Shown piece by piece: positions 24,954 to 38,439 of a stretch of 64,000 nt of DNA. The DNA is taken from positions 68,409,767-68,473,766 of the forward strand of contig NC_133617.1 in NCBI RefSeq assembly GCF_048593235.1. The letters run 5' to 3'. Each line of letters begins with the position of its first letter. The stretch's first letter is position 1. The DNA comes from Sminthopsis crassicaudata (Eukaryota). A model generated the notes under the pieces. It was not told the origin of the DNA and ran no database searches. It saw only the letters and a list, made by a program, of their open reading frames with translations. Made by a program: the position numbers and the translations under genes.

Positions 24954-26157
24954 CCTAATAGTAGTAGTAGTGTTGGGTCAAAAGGTATGTAATTTTTTAG
25001 CACTTTGGATATAATTCCAAATTCTCCAGAATAGTTGGACCTATTATTTTCCACCAACTCTACCAACAATCCATTAGTGGACCTATTTTTTCTATATCCC
25101 CTCCAGATTTTTCCTTTTCTCTCATGTCAGCCAAGCTGAATGGTGTGAAGTGATACTGCAGAGTTGTTTTAATGTACATTTCACTAATTAGTGATTTAGA
25201 ATATTTTTTCTTATGATTATTGATAACTTTGATTTCTTCTGAAAACTGCTATTGATATTTTTTAACTATTTATCAATTGGGAAATGGCTCCTATTTTTGT
25301 AAATTTGGCTAAGTTCTCTATATGATTTAAAAATGAGACCTTTATCAGAGAAACTTTTAAGTCCCTTTCCTACTCTCCCAGTTTCCTACTTTTCTTCTAA
25401 TTTTGGCTGTATTAATTTTGTTTGTGCAAAAACTTAAAAATTTTACATAATCAAAATTACCTATTTTTGTTTTGTCATGAATTCTACTATTCATAGATTT
25501 GACAAATAATTTCCTCCATGTTCCCCTACTTTGCTTATATCATCTGAATATAATATATAATTATAAATATAATAAATTGAATAAAAAATTTAAAAATTCA
25601 ATAAATAAAGTTTTGAGTTTATCTTGGTATAAGTGAGATTCTGGTCTATGCCTATTTTCTGTGAGGCTACTTTCTAGCTTTCCCAATAATTTTTGTTAAG
25701 TAGCGAGTTTTTGCCTCTATAAGCTTGGAATCTTTGAGTTATCCCCCAGTAGGTTATTATTATGTTCATTTGCTTCTGTTCATTGCATACCTAATCTGTT
25801 CCATTTATCAACCATTCTTTCTTATACAATACTAAAGTATTTTGATGATTATCACTTTGTAATATAGTTTGACATCCAGTATAGTTTGACACCTTTCTTC
25901 ACATTTTTTCTCCATTGATTCCCTCGATAGTTTTGCTTTTTGTTCCACCAGATGAATTTCTTTTTTTCTAGCTCTATAAACTAATTTGTTAGTAGTTTGA
26001 TTGGCATGGTACTATATAAGTAAATTAAGTTAGGCAGTATTGTGATTTGTGTTATATTGGGCTCAGATTACCCATAATCAAATAATATTTCTCCATTTTT
26101 AGACCCGTTTATTCATGTCAAGTGTTTCATAGTTGTATTTATATAGTTCCTGTGTCT

Positions 26158-26302
26158 TTTTTTTTTCCCCCTGAGGCTGGGGTTAAGTGACTTGCCCAGG
26201 GTCACACAGCTAGGAAGTGTTAAGTGTCTGAGACCAGATTTGAACTCCAGTCCTCCTGAATTCAAGGCTGGTGCTAGATAGGTGCACCACCTAGCTGCCC
26301 CT
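26158..26302 (-). mobile_element. WSINE1 inserted in L1
   Basis: ggctggggttaagtgacttgcccagggtcacacagctagg...caccacctagctgcccc; imperfect flanking repeat tcctgt(at)gtct. Confidence 0.9.
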
Positions 26303-26587
26303 CCTGTATGTCTTGACAAGTATAATCCCAAGTATACTATCTACAGCTACTTTAAATGGAATTTTTCTATTTTGTCATGCTGGGTTTTGTTGATAATATA
26401 TAGAAATTCTGATGATTTGTATGGACTTTTTTTTTTATTAGTTTTTTTGGTTGATTCACAAAAATTCTTTAAGTATACTATCATATCATCTACAAAAAAA
26501 ATTATAATTTGTTTGCTTTTTCTCTATGATTGTTCTTTCAGTTTCTTTTTCTTGTTTTATTTGATATTTTCTATTACAAAATTGAAT

Positions 26588-26719
26588 GATGGTTCAGTGG
26601 ATAGAGCACTGGCTCTGAAGTCAGGAGTAACTGAGCTCAAATCTGGCCTCAGACACTTAATACTTTTTAGCTATGTAACTCTGAGCAAGTCACTTAACTG
26701 CAATTGTTCCCTCCCCCCC
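26588..26719 (+). mobile_element. WSINE1 (5'-truncated) inserted in L1
   Basis: cagtggatagagcactggctctgaagtcagg...gcaagtcacttaac; flanking repeat aaattgaat on both sides. Confidence 0.85.
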
Positions 26720-26842
26720 AAATTGAATAATAATGGTCATAATGGGCATTCTTATCTCCCCCTTGATCTTATTGCAAAGTCTTTTTAGTTTATCCCTATT
26801 GTAGATTTTTGCTCTTGGTTTTAGATAGACATTCCTGGTCAC

Positions 26843-27065
26843 TTTTAAGAAAAGCTCCATTTATTCCTATGTTTTCTAGTATTTTTAATAGGAATGTTGT
26901 ATTTTGTCAAGAGCTTTTTTTGTGTCTATTGATATAAACATATGATTTTTGTTGTTTTAAGAAAAGTTCCATTTATTCCTATGCTTTCTAGTATTTTTAA
27001 TAGGAATGCTGTATTTTGTCAAGAGCTTTTTTGGGTCTATTGATATAAATATATGATTTTTGTTG
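26843..27065. repeat. Two-copy 112-bp tandem duplication inside L1
   Basis: ttttaagaaaag...tatgatttttgttg starts at 26843 and again at 26955, with a few mismatches. Confidence 0.92.
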
Positions 27066-28824
27066 AAATGAACAATCATTTCTGAATATAGTGTCCGAAT
27101 ATTGAATCCGCATTCGTGGTATAAATCCAACTTGATCATAAAAATCCATCTGGTCTTGGTTTTTTTTTTTTTTTTATGGGAATGGGAAGGGTGGGAGGAG
27201 AGGTATAGGACGAAGGAGGGTGGGGGTGAACTTATTCATGACTTGTTAAATTTTTTTTTGTAAAAATAATGTTATGCAAATATTCCATTTCTTCTTCTAT
27301 TAATCTGAAAAAAAAATTAATTTTTGTAAACATTCATCTACTTCATCTAGATTGCCAGTTTTATTGGCATATAGTTAGACAAAAAATAGATCCTAGCTAT
27401 TGCTTAAATTTCATCTGGTAATTTTATCTGCTTCTTTCTTTTTAAGTCAGTCAATTGCTTATTTATTTTAAATTATGTAAGTATATCCAGGCTTAAAAAT
27501 AATGTAACAAAAAGCTAGTGGTCAAATACCCAGCTAGTCAATTACATTAAGTAATAATTGCTAAGAGAAGCAGTTCCCATCCACCAATGTCATCCCTATT
27601 TTGTACAGAAGAAGTTATCAATGTCTTAGATAGTTATCTAAGACAAAACCTGTAGAATTAAAAAGAAATTAGGAACTCTAAGGGACACATTAAATGCCAA
27701 AGCTGAAGTACAGTAAATTGGGCAAATGGAGATAACATATATTTTATTTGATTTTATTTTTCCTTAGGCTGGGGTTAAGTGACTTGCCCAGGGTCTTTCA
27801 TAAAACCAGCTCAATTTCATTTGTTCAATAAATTTTAAAAGTTCATTTTATTATATTCCTCTTTTGATTTTAAGGAATTCTAGCTTAGTGTTTGGAGATT
27901 TTAAATTTATTTTTTCTTCTATTTTTATTAATTGCACGCTTAATTCCTTGATATGCTTTTTGTCTTTTTTTTTATTGATGTGTTTAATGTAAATTTTTTT
28001 CAAGATACTGTTTTGATTGCAACCCACAAATTTTAATATGTTGTGTCATTATCTTTAATAAAACTGTTTCCAAGATTTGTTTTTTAATTCATTCATTCTT
28101 TAGGATTTGATCATTTAGTTTTCAATTAACTTTAATCTATGCTTCAGAAGGCCCTCTCCTGAGGGTAATTTTTATCTCATTATAATTTGAGATGGATGAA
28201 TTTAATATTTCTGATTTTCTGTAGGTTTTTGGTTTTTATGTCTTAATACATGATAAATCCTGTGAAGATTTTATGCATGACTGAAATATAAGTATACTTC
28301 TTTATATTCACATTCAATATTCTTCATAGATCTATTTTATCTAACTCTTATAAAATTCCATTCAGGTCATCCATTTCTTTTTGGGTTCTTTATCTAGGCC
28401 ACAAAGAAATAAATAGTATTCCACTATTTTAAATTTATTGTCTATGTTTCTCTATAATGCATTTAACTTTTTTTTTTTTTTATAAGAATTTAAATGCTAT
28501 TTCATTTGGTACCTATAGTACCAAATAGTATATAGTTTGCATTGATAGGAGTAGTTGGGTGGTACAGTGGCTATTACTATATTCATTTTTTTATGATATC
28601 TTTCAGTGAAATGTAGCTTGTTTATCTCTTTTTTCATAGAGTCTACATTTCTCTGTTGTTTTATCTGAAATTATGATTGCTTCTTCGGTCCTTTTTTACT
28701 TCAACTTATACCTAATCGATTATTATCCAGCTTTGTACTTTAACTTTGTGTGTTTTTTTGTTTTTTGTAATTCATATATTGTTAGATTCTACTTTCTAAT
28801 ATGTTCCTATATCCTCTTATCATC

Positions 28825-28960
28825 NNNNNNNNNNNNNNNNNNNNNNNNNNNNNNNNNNNNNNNNNNNNNNNNNNNNNNNNNNNNNNNNNNNNNNNNNNNN
28901 NNNNNNNNNNNNNNNNNNNNNNNNNNNNNNNNNNNNNNNNNNNNNNNNNNNNNNNNNNNN
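28825..28960. other. Assembly gap (N-run)
   Basis: Run of n. Confidence 1.
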
Positions 28961-29078
28961 TGTTAAGTGACTAGCCTAGGTCACATAGTTAAGTATTAAG
29001 TGTCTAATGGCAGATTTGAACTCAGGTCCTCCTGACTTGAGGGCTGGTGCTCTATCCACTGTGCCATCTAGCTGCCTC
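28961..29078 (-). mobile_element. WSINE1 abutting the gap
   Basis: ttaagtgactagcctaggtcacatag...ggtgctctatccactgtgccatctagctgcc. Confidence 0.85.
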
Positions 29079-30065
29079 TCTTTTCTTCTCTTTAAGCATT
29101 TGTTTTGCTTCTAATTAATCTCTTCTTTTATCTACCCTCCTTTCAAATCTCTAAATTTTCTTTTGTTTCCCAGGCAGGTGAAATGTACTTCTGTACTCCA
29201 CTGCATGTGTATCTGTGTGTTCACATGTACTCTTTTCTCCTTTGCTTAATTTAGAGAAGTGAAGTTCAAGTGCTGTTTGCTCCCTCTCCAACTCCATCCT
29301 TTTTAATTGTATAGACTTCTACTTGCACCTCCCACTTATGTGAGATAATTTTCCCCATTCTTTTTCTCTTCTTCTCCCAGTGTGTTTCTCTACTCTTCTC
29401 TTTCTATTAAAAAAAAAAAATCAGTAAAACATATTTATTCATAAGCTTTCTGTCTAAATATATTCCCTCTATGACCATTGATGATAATAGAAATCTGAGT
29501 TATTACATGTATCATCTCCCATCTTTTTTAGTCCCTTATGATTATTCACTCATGTTAACCTTTTTATACGTCTCTTGGTCCCTGTGTTTGTCAAATTTTC
29601 TAATCAGCTCTGATCTTTTTTTTTTTTTTTTAATCAGTAATACTAGGAAGTCTTCTATTTTATTAAAAATCCTTTTCTTTCTCTCTGTGGGATTATATTC
29701 GATTTTATTTGGTAAGTTATTCTTGAATGTAAGCCTGGATCTTTTGCCTTCTGAAATATCATAAGACAATCTCTCTGCTTCTTTACAGTGGTGGCTGCTA
29801 ATTGTGATCCTGACTGTGGCTTCTCAGTACTTGAATTCTTTTTATCTGACGGCCTGCTGTACTTTTTCTTTGACCTGGAAGCTCTGGGTTTTAGCTATCA
29901 TATTCATTTTGGAGTTTATTTCAGAAGATGACTAATGGATTATTTCAATTTCTACTTTGCTTGCTGGTTCTAAAGGATCTGAACCATTTAAAAAATTTTG
30001 TGAAATATAATATCTAGGATTTAAAAAAATTATGGCTTTTATGTAGTCCAATAATTCTTAAGATT

Positions 30066-30205
30066 CTTTTTTCCCCCCTCTGAAGCAATTGGGGTTAAGT
30101 GACTTGCCCAAGGTCACACAGGTAGGAAGTGTTAAGTGTCTGAGAACACATTTGAACTCAAGTCTTCCTGACTTCTGGTGCTCTATCCACTGTGCCACCT
30201 AGCTT
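30066..30205 (-). mobile_element. WSINE1
   Basis: gaagcaattggggttaagtgacttgcccaagg...tccactgtgccacctagc. Confidence 0.88.
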
Positions 30206-31387
30206 GTTCTTGGTTGAAAGTTTAAATAGGCTACTGTTGGATTCATGCATTATTAGCCCAGTAGGAGGTTCTGGGCATTTATAGGGTCAAGACCAAGTTT
30301 TTCTTTCATCTAGGATATCTGATCTGATTATTCCTCCTGCAGCTTAGTCTACAGGCTAGAACTGAGTCTCTGCTCTTCTTCTGGAATTAGAACCACATAG
30401 TCTGCATCTGAACTTGTTCCTTGCCCACTACACAACTAAGACCCAGATTATTCCTCTCAATCATCCTTAGGTACAGATTCCTTCCTCAACTGACCTATAT
30501 CTGTGATCCAAAACTAAATAGTGGGCTTCAGAGCTGTCAGGTAACATCTATTCCTTCAATCTGTCCTAATTCAGAGATTTCTTCTGATCTGGTGCTTCTT
30601 GACCTTATGCACAGTCATGGCCTTCTTTAGGTCCTTGGAATCCCTAGAATACACTTTATGTTCTCCTAACCAGACTCTATTCCCTATCTCTATCACTAAA
30701 ATTCTTTAGACTAAGACTAATTAAAACTAGATTAACATTAAGACACTAATACTAAGATAAACTGAGTTTTTCTTAGATTTTCTAATCACAATTCGTGCAT
30801 TTTCTAGATATATGTGGAAGAATTCAAAGTGGGGACCTGGGCTCTACTTCTCCTTGCTACCCCATCATCTTGACTTTGTCTCCCCTTTTTATACTTTTTA
30901 AATGAATATTTCATCCTTTCTGATCTCTTCTAGGAGGGAGACCAGCTTGCATTTTTAAGGAGCAATCATTTACTTGGCAATGAAAAACTACAAACGTCAT
31001 ATATTTACTAGAGGTCACAGTAAAATTATCTCTGTTTTCTATACTTACCAGGACATCCCCAGTCCTTGACATTCTTGCTAGTAGCTTCCTTGGGAAACTG
31101 TCATGACAAACTGTTTTTGGAGTAGTCTTCAATACCAGAAATTACTGTTTTTACTTTGTTAGTTCACCTTAACAGCCACACCCAACTTCCCCTTTCTTCT
31201 CTAGGCAAGTTCTTACCAAGCTTGTCATACCAGCTTGTCTTACTTTGTCTAACCTTATCTTATTTATATTCTTATCAGCTACTACCTCATCCTAGAGTCC
31301 TTCTCTTTCAGCTCATCTTCCTCTTTGAATTCTCATTCTTCTCTTTTTTTTTTCCTTTTTCTCCTTTTCCATATGTGTGTATATGTT

Positions 31388-31390
<3 letters not shown>

Positions 31391-31431
<41 letters not shown>
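31391..31431. repeat. (GT)n microsatellite
   Basis: About 20 pure GT units. Confidence 0.98.
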
Positions 31432-31435
<4 letters not shown>

Positions 31436-32820
31436 CAATAAAACCTAGTAGGAAGAAAAAGAAGGAGAAAATCCATTTAAAATAGCTGAAGACAATAAAT
31501 ATTGGGGTCTATAAAGGCACACCCAGAAATAATATGAACACAGTTACAAAACAGTTCTCACACAAAGACACAAATTAAACAATTGGAAAAATGTTAATTA
31601 CTTGAAGTAGGGTAAGCCCATATAATGAAAGTAACAAAACTAGTTAAATTAATTTTCTTATCCAATGCCACATCAATCAAACTAACAAAAAATTTGTTTA
31701 TTGAGGTAGGAAAAATATTTCTTTAAGTATTCATGTAGGAGGACAATAGATTAAGAATATCAAGAGAATCAATGAAAAAAAAATTAATGAAGGTGACCTA
31801 GCAATATCAGATCTTAAGACTACTACAATGTAGTGATCATCAAATCAATCTGGATAAGAAATGGAGTGATTGATCAATAGAATACATTAGGTAAAGAAGT
31901 GAATGACTAGACTAATTTGTGTTTGATAATAATATTTGATAAATTCAAAGATCTGCAATTTTGACAAAAACTGCTGGGAAAACTAGAAAGTAGTCTCAAA
32001 GAAGCCAAGCATAGATCAGCATCACATACTATACCAAGTTAAGCTCAAAATGAATATATGATTTCGAAGCAAAGGACAGTATCATAAGTAAATTAGGGAA
32101 ATATGGAAAAAATTATTTATCACAAGTATGGATAAGGAAAGAGTTCATGACCAAATAAGACATAGAAAGGTCTATGGGAGATAAGGAGGATAATTTTAAG
32201 TTTTTATTCAAACAAAATCAATGTGGTCAAAATTAGAAAGAAAGTAAAAAACTGGGAAACACATTTGACAGCAAGTTTCTCTGAAGGTCTCCTTTTTAAA
32301 TATAGAGAGAATTGAGCAAAATTTATTAAAATAAAATCTATTTCTAATAGATAGTCAAAGGATATGAACAGGCAATAATATTCAGAGAAAAAAACCAAAG
32401 CTATTAATAATCATATTAAAAAGCTCCCAATCAATAATCATTAGAGAAATAAAAATTGTAACTGTGAGTTACCATCTCATCCATCAGATTGGCTAATGTG
32501 ACACAAAAGGAAAATGACAAATGTTAGAGAGGATATAGGAAAATAGGTACACTCATGCACTGTTGGTAGAATTGTGAACTAAGAACTAATCCATTCTGAA
32601 GAACAGTTTGAAACTATGATCAAAGTGCTATAAAATAGTACACATACTTTGATCCAGCAACACCACTATTAGGTCTGTAACACAAAAAGATTTTTAAAAA
32701 AAAGGAAAAAAAGAAAAAAGGACTTATATGTACAAATATATTTATAGCAGCTTTTTTCTTTTTTGTGATTGACAAATTGAAGGGCTGCCCTTCAATTGGG
32801 GAACGACTAAACATGTTATG
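31432..32820 (+). mobile_element. Old L1 ORF2 3' region
   Basis: A-rich sense L1 motifs (aaaaactgctgggaaaactag, gatccagcaacaccactattaggtct). Confidence 0.7.
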
Positions 32821-32829
32821 GCATATGAT

Positions 32830-33420
32830 TGGATTTTTAAAAAATTCTATTGTATTTTATTTTTCCACTTACATGTAAAGATAGTTTTCAACATTCACTT
32901 TTGTAAGACTTTGAGTTCCAAAATTTTCCCCCTCCTTCTTTTACCTTCTTCCCTCCCTAAGATAGAAAGCAATCTGATATAGGCTATACATGTACAATCA
33001 TTTTAAACATATTTTCATATTAGTTATTTTGTGAAAGAAAAATCAGAAAAAGAAGGGAGAAATCATGAAAAAGAAAAAACAAACAAACAAACAAAAAGGA
33101 GCACTCAGTTTCTCTAGTTTTCTCTCTGTATGAGGATGGCACTTCCCTTCCCAAGTCTATTGCAATTGTCTTGAATCAATGTATTGCTGAGAAGAGCCAA
33201 GTCTATCATAGTTGATCATCACCTAATCTTGGTGTTACTGTGTGCAATGTTCTATTTCTGCTCATTTCACTCAGTATCAGTTCATGTAAAATTTTCAGGC
33301 TTTTCTGAAATCAGCCTGCTCATCATTTCTTCTAAGACAGTAATATTCCATTATGTTCCTATATCATAACTTAGTCAGCCATTCCCAAATTAATGACTAT
33401 TTACTCATTTTCCAATTACT
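32830..33420 (-). mobile_element. L1 3'UTR fragment
   Basis: Similar to 14030-14620 (ctcatttcactcagtatcagttcatg). Confidence 0.7.
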
Positions 33421-33470
33421 TGCAATCATTACATCCTGAGGTTCTTCATTATTCTATGATAGAGCTAAAA

Positions 33471-33515
33471 CAACGATAACAACAATAACAACAACAACAA
33501 CAACAACAACAACAA
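33471..33515. repeat. (AAC)n microsatellite
   Basis: caacaacaac run. Confidence 0.9.
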
Positions 33516-34586
33516 AGAAGTCATTTTGTCACATTCACCCATTGCTCCTAATTCTGCCTTCTGAGAACAAAACAGAATTCCATCTCCATGTGTCAATCCT
33601 TCAAATAATTGTATAACACATGGCTCCAATGCCAGGGTTTCATAAGGGCTGACCCTCTAAAGATTAATTTTTCTCTTTTTCCTCTTGTGCTCCCACCTAT
33701 AATTTTACTCTGGGAAGTCTCCAAATATTTTTCACAAGTACAGTTTTCCACTGATGTGCATAAATGGGGTCCCCATTTTTTCCGTAAAAAACTCAAGTTA
33801 ATACATTTTTCCACCAAACATAGAATAGGCATTCTTGCAGAATTTAAAAAAATGTCCTGACAGATAAGAAAGCACTATTAGGAGCACATAAATAGATAAA
33901 ATATATAAAAGCAATTACAATAGTTTCCCCCAAGAAGTAAACTAAAATTTGGGACTTCCAGCAGGGGCAAACATTCCATCCAACATTTTTGATAAGTCCC
34001 AGATTTTTCCATTGTAACAAAATATACCTAATCAAGTAAAAAACAATTTTTCTACATTGGCTTGAGTCTAGAAATGTCTTTCCCAAAATCTATAGTGAGT
34101 GCTCTTTGTGACTCAGACTATCAGTAGAAGACAAACATAGTTTGGGGCTACTAGACAGGCAATTTCTTTCAATCAGATCTGCATTATTATATGGACAATT
34201 TATTGTAATAGTGGAAGATGGCATGGAAAGTTTTTTTCTAACTACATCATGGTTTTCTGTCCTTACTGCTTTCCAGATGCAGCAAACATATGATAGTTCT
34301 CTTTTCCCCTCCAGGAAATATGCTGTTCAGAACTCTTGGACTTGGGTTTTTCACAATGTACTCCACATTGCAATCCAAAAAATCTCCAGCTAGAAAACTA
34401 GGCTCTGGTGTCATATGGCCAAGGAAATAACTCCTCCCTATACTTTTCCACAGAAGAGATTGGAGTTCAAGAACATTGTTTAAGATTTCTTTCTCAGGCC
34501 ATAGAGATAATCACATAAAAGCTTCTTTGATACTTCATAACTGTCCTTGTTGGTGCTTTATTTTGGGTTAGAAAAGTCCATTCTTA

Positions 34587-35113
34587 TGTCCATCAATTGG
34601 AGAATGGTTGGGTAAATTGTGGTATATGAATGTTATGGAATATTATTGCTCTGTAAGAAATGACCAGCAGGAGGAATACAGAGAGGCTTGGAGAGACTTG
34701 CATGAACTGATGCTGAGTGAAATGAGCAGAACCAGAAGATCACTGTACACTTCAACAACAATACTGTATGAGGATGTATTCTGATGGAAGTGGAAATCTT
34801 CAACATAAAGAAGATCCAACTCACTTCCAGTTGATCAATGATGGACAGAGGTAGCTACACCCAGAGAAGAAACACTGGGAAGCGAATGTAAATTGTTAGC
34901 ACTACTGTCTATCTACCCAGGTTACTTATACCTTCGGAAGCTAATAATTAATGTGCAACAAGAAAATGGTATTTACACACATATATTGTATCTAGGTTAT
35001 ATTGTAACACATGTAAAATGTATGGGATTACCTGCCATCGGGGGGGAGGGAGGGGATAATTTGGAAAAATGAATAAAAATAAATAAATTAATTAATTAAT
35101 TAAAAAAAAAAAA
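34587..35113 (+). mobile_element. Young 5'-truncated L1 3' end with polyA tail and 17-bp TSD
   Basis: TSD agaaaagtccattctta at 34570-34586 and 35114-35130; closely similar to 14701-15081. Confidence 0.92.
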
Positions 35114-37074
35114 AGAAAAGTCCATTCTTAGGAACTCCTTTCTGACTTTCTGAATAAGCAAAACCTCTATCTGCTAAATGCTTCTGCCTAGAATTACCAT
35201 TAACAGCTTGGGGAGAGAGAGAGGGAAGGGAGACCTACTCCTTCTGAAAGAAAGGTACAAGGGAAAAGGGAGAAAAGAGGCTAAATAGTTTACTTTTAAA
35301 GGCTCTTGCAAAGGGATGACTCCTCCATTAAGATGTTATCCTTTTGTGTCTTAACCTACCAAATCATCTTATGAGGTTGTTAAACCTCATGCCCTAAGAA
35401 GGGCCAAAGGGTGATAGCTAATTCATCATGAGAAGATTGAGTTTCGGAACTCTAATCATAAGTTCTCTGTCTTCTTGAGACGCTTATGGTCATGTCCATA
35501 CAGGAAGTTTCTATATGGACATGTTCTGTAAGAAAATAGATAAACTTTAAAAACTGATCATCTCCTTTATATATGAAAATAGATCTCATCTGTCCTAACT
35601 TTTCCTTTCATTGACTCACCTAACATCATCTTAAGACCCTATACTCTACAATTTATCAATCTACAGCTTCCTAAAATGTAGCATTCAAAAGGGAAGATAA
35701 TAAGCTCATCCTGAATACCTATGCACTTCAAAATTCTTATAATCCAACCTGTAGCATCACTTGTCCCACAATTTGTTCCACTGATTGTACTAATTTTTTT
35801 TTAATAACTTCCACATTTTCTGGATGATTGCTATTTGTAATATAGTTTGAAATCTGGTACTGCTAGTCCCCTTCCTACACTCTTGGTCTGGGGACTTGAA
35901 TTCATCAGGAACATTCAAATATCCTCTTGGGAGGATATTTATGTTGGGACACTTTGTCAATCTTAATGCAGCTTTATTACTAGTTTTCTTGTGGACATCA
36001 TAATGCCTACTCATATTGAGTTGTAATCCATTGAAATCCTCAGATCCTTCTCAATGAATTGCTACTCTCTAGCTGTGTCTTCTCCACCTAATACTTGTAG
36101 AGTTGATTTTTTAAACCTCTAAACCATAATTCAGAACCATATCACTGATTTTTTTACCTAGACTAGGTTTCATTTTAACATGTAATACTCTTTTTATCTA
36201 GTACCTCCACCCAGAATTTCCTTTGGGAACTTAGGAATTTGGCTTACTTGTAGGTGTCTATGTAAAAAGCAAAAAAGAAAATGTCCTCTCAGTTCCCATA
36301 TAAGTACTCAAGCTAACAATATATTAAATACAGGACAGACTATTTAAAAAGGGAAAATAGAAAGGATTTGTATCCAAACCTAAATTATTCTTTTAGGCCT
36401 TAATTTCCCCCTAGAGATTTTAGGACATTCAGTTCTATACTACATAGGGGTTCCATTGAAAGAGAAAATAGGGAGTCAATCAATTCCTTTCCCTTAGACA
36501 TGCACAGTCCGCATATTAAACAATACTAGTGGACATAAGTACTCGGTTTCCTCTTCTATGTAGCCCTGATTCTTATAACACTGAAGTGCTGGCTCCTGCT
36601 TTGTCCAGAACTACCCTTTCTTCTCTGTACATCTGCTTTTGGAATTTCATTGTACTGTTCCATCACACTGATACCTTTCGTCCACTGCTGCTGCCTCTGG
36701 CTCCTTTAGTTTCTGGATTGACCTAGGAACTTCTGTTCTCCCACATTCTCCAATAGCTGCTATCTCTGGGACCACTGGAGTCTCTTCTCTCAGGGGACCA
36801 CACAGTTCCCTGGGAGGAATTTCACAAGAGCACAGATTTCTCTTCTAGGGACCACGTTAATGTGTCTGTAGATAGCCTCTCTTCTATCTGCACCTCTTAG
36901 TTTTGGTTCTTTCCATCAGTTTCCACATGTCTCTGCTTATCTAAATCTAGGGGCATATCCCAGTTGCAAACAGCCCATAGCTCAATATATTAATCTCAAA
37001 CTGGATCAATATAAGAACATTCATACTATGTATAGTAAGATTTTAATGAAAAGACTAAAGGAAATCTCCAACCA

Positions 37075-37770
37075 ATTTCAGATTTTTTGTTTAGTATTTA
37101 GTATTTTCCACAATTACCTGTTAAAGACAATTTTCAACATTTAAAATTTTGAGCTCCAAATTCCCTTTCTCCCTTCCCACCCCCTCATTGAGAAGGCAAT
37201 TTGATATAGATTATCCATGTGTAGTCATGCAAAATATATTTCCTTATTGAAAAAAACAGTGGATACCCCCCCAAAAAAAAAACTCCAAGAAAAATACATT
37301 TTGATTTGTATTTAGATTCCTTCAGTTCTTTCTCTGGGAAAGGTTAACATTTTTTTTCATCATATTTTCAGAGTTGTCTTGGATCACTGTATTGTTGAGA
37401 ATAGCTAAATTACTCATAGTTTATCATCTTACACAATGTTGCTGTTATTGTGTACAACATTTCTGGTTCTTCTCATTTCACTTTGTATCAATTCATATGT
37501 CTATACAGGTTTTCCTGAGAGTTCATTGTTTCTTATGGCACACCAGTATTCCATCACAATCATATACCACAACTTGTTCAGCTATTCCAGAGTTTATGGG
37601 CATTCCCTCAATTTCCAATTCTTCTCCAGTGCTATAAATATTTTTGTACATATAAATTCTTTTTCTCTTTTGGGATACAGATCTAGTAATAGTATTGCTA
37701 AGTCACAGAGTGTGCATGGTTTTTATAGGCCTTTGGACTCAGTTCTAAATTACTCTACATAATGGTTGAA
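37075..37770 (-). mobile_element. Old L1 3'UTR fragment
   Basis: acaattttcaacattt...gagctccaaattc...gatcactgtattgttgagaatagc. Confidence 0.7.
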
Positions 37771-38439
37771 TCATAAACTTAGATTTTTAAAAGATGTGTA
37801 CAAGAGACAGAAATAAGGCCGGATAAAAAGTGACTAGAACAACATGACATAGAACTATAAAAATGACATCCAGAATATTAAAGCCCAGAGGGAACTGAAG
37901 CTGATAAAGGAAGCTAAAGACTTAAAAAAAAAAAAAAAAGAAAAAGCATTTATATAGCACCTATTATGTGCTAGGCACTGCTAAGCATTTTAAAACAAAT
38001 ATCCTCATTTGATTCTCACAACCACCCTAGGAGATAGGTGCTATTTTTATCTCTATTTTACAGTTGAGGAAAGTAAGGTAGCCAGAGTTTGATTGACATG
38101 CCCTGCAAGCAAATTTTTGAGGCTGGAATTCCTGATTCCAGACCCAGCACTATATTAAGTTATCTACCAAGGTTTTGTTTTCTAGCTATATTAGGAGAAA
38201 AAGATAAAAGAGGGGATAGATCTTTCTTTGGGGGTGAATAGTTTGATGGTAATTTACCAAACAGACAAAAGAAGAGCTGCTTATTTTGTTTTCTATGTGC
38301 ACAATTGCGTGATGAAATAACAGAACAAAAATGCCTAATAGGGAGTTGAAATCAAGATAAGGAGATAGCAATATAGGCTTTGATTCCAGGGAGTAAAAGA
38401 ATGAATTCAATGAATTCAAGTCATCTAGTCCAGATGAAA

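Larger units (their letters stand above)
24954..30700 (-). mobile_element. Fragmented old L1 (ORF2, ORF1 and 5' region) with nested WSINE1 copies
   Basis: T-rich antisense L1 character; ORF 29542-29769 is ORF1 C-terminal-like; boundaries approximate. Confidence 0.65.

Noticed and set aside
24311-25069. 252-aa and 202-aa ORFs, and the 97-aa ORF at 28673
   Set aside because: Artefacts of N-gaps translated as X.
33593-34393. Cluster of 79-83-aa ORFs as a hidden gene
   Set aside because: No recognisable domain, splice structure or consistent strand; treated as chance ORFs pending BLAST.
35491-35523. Hairpin catgtccata...tatggacatg as an ncRNA or MITE
   Set aside because: The stem is only 10 bp; roughly one such inverted repeat is expected by chance in 64 kb, and it is too short for a pre-miRNA.
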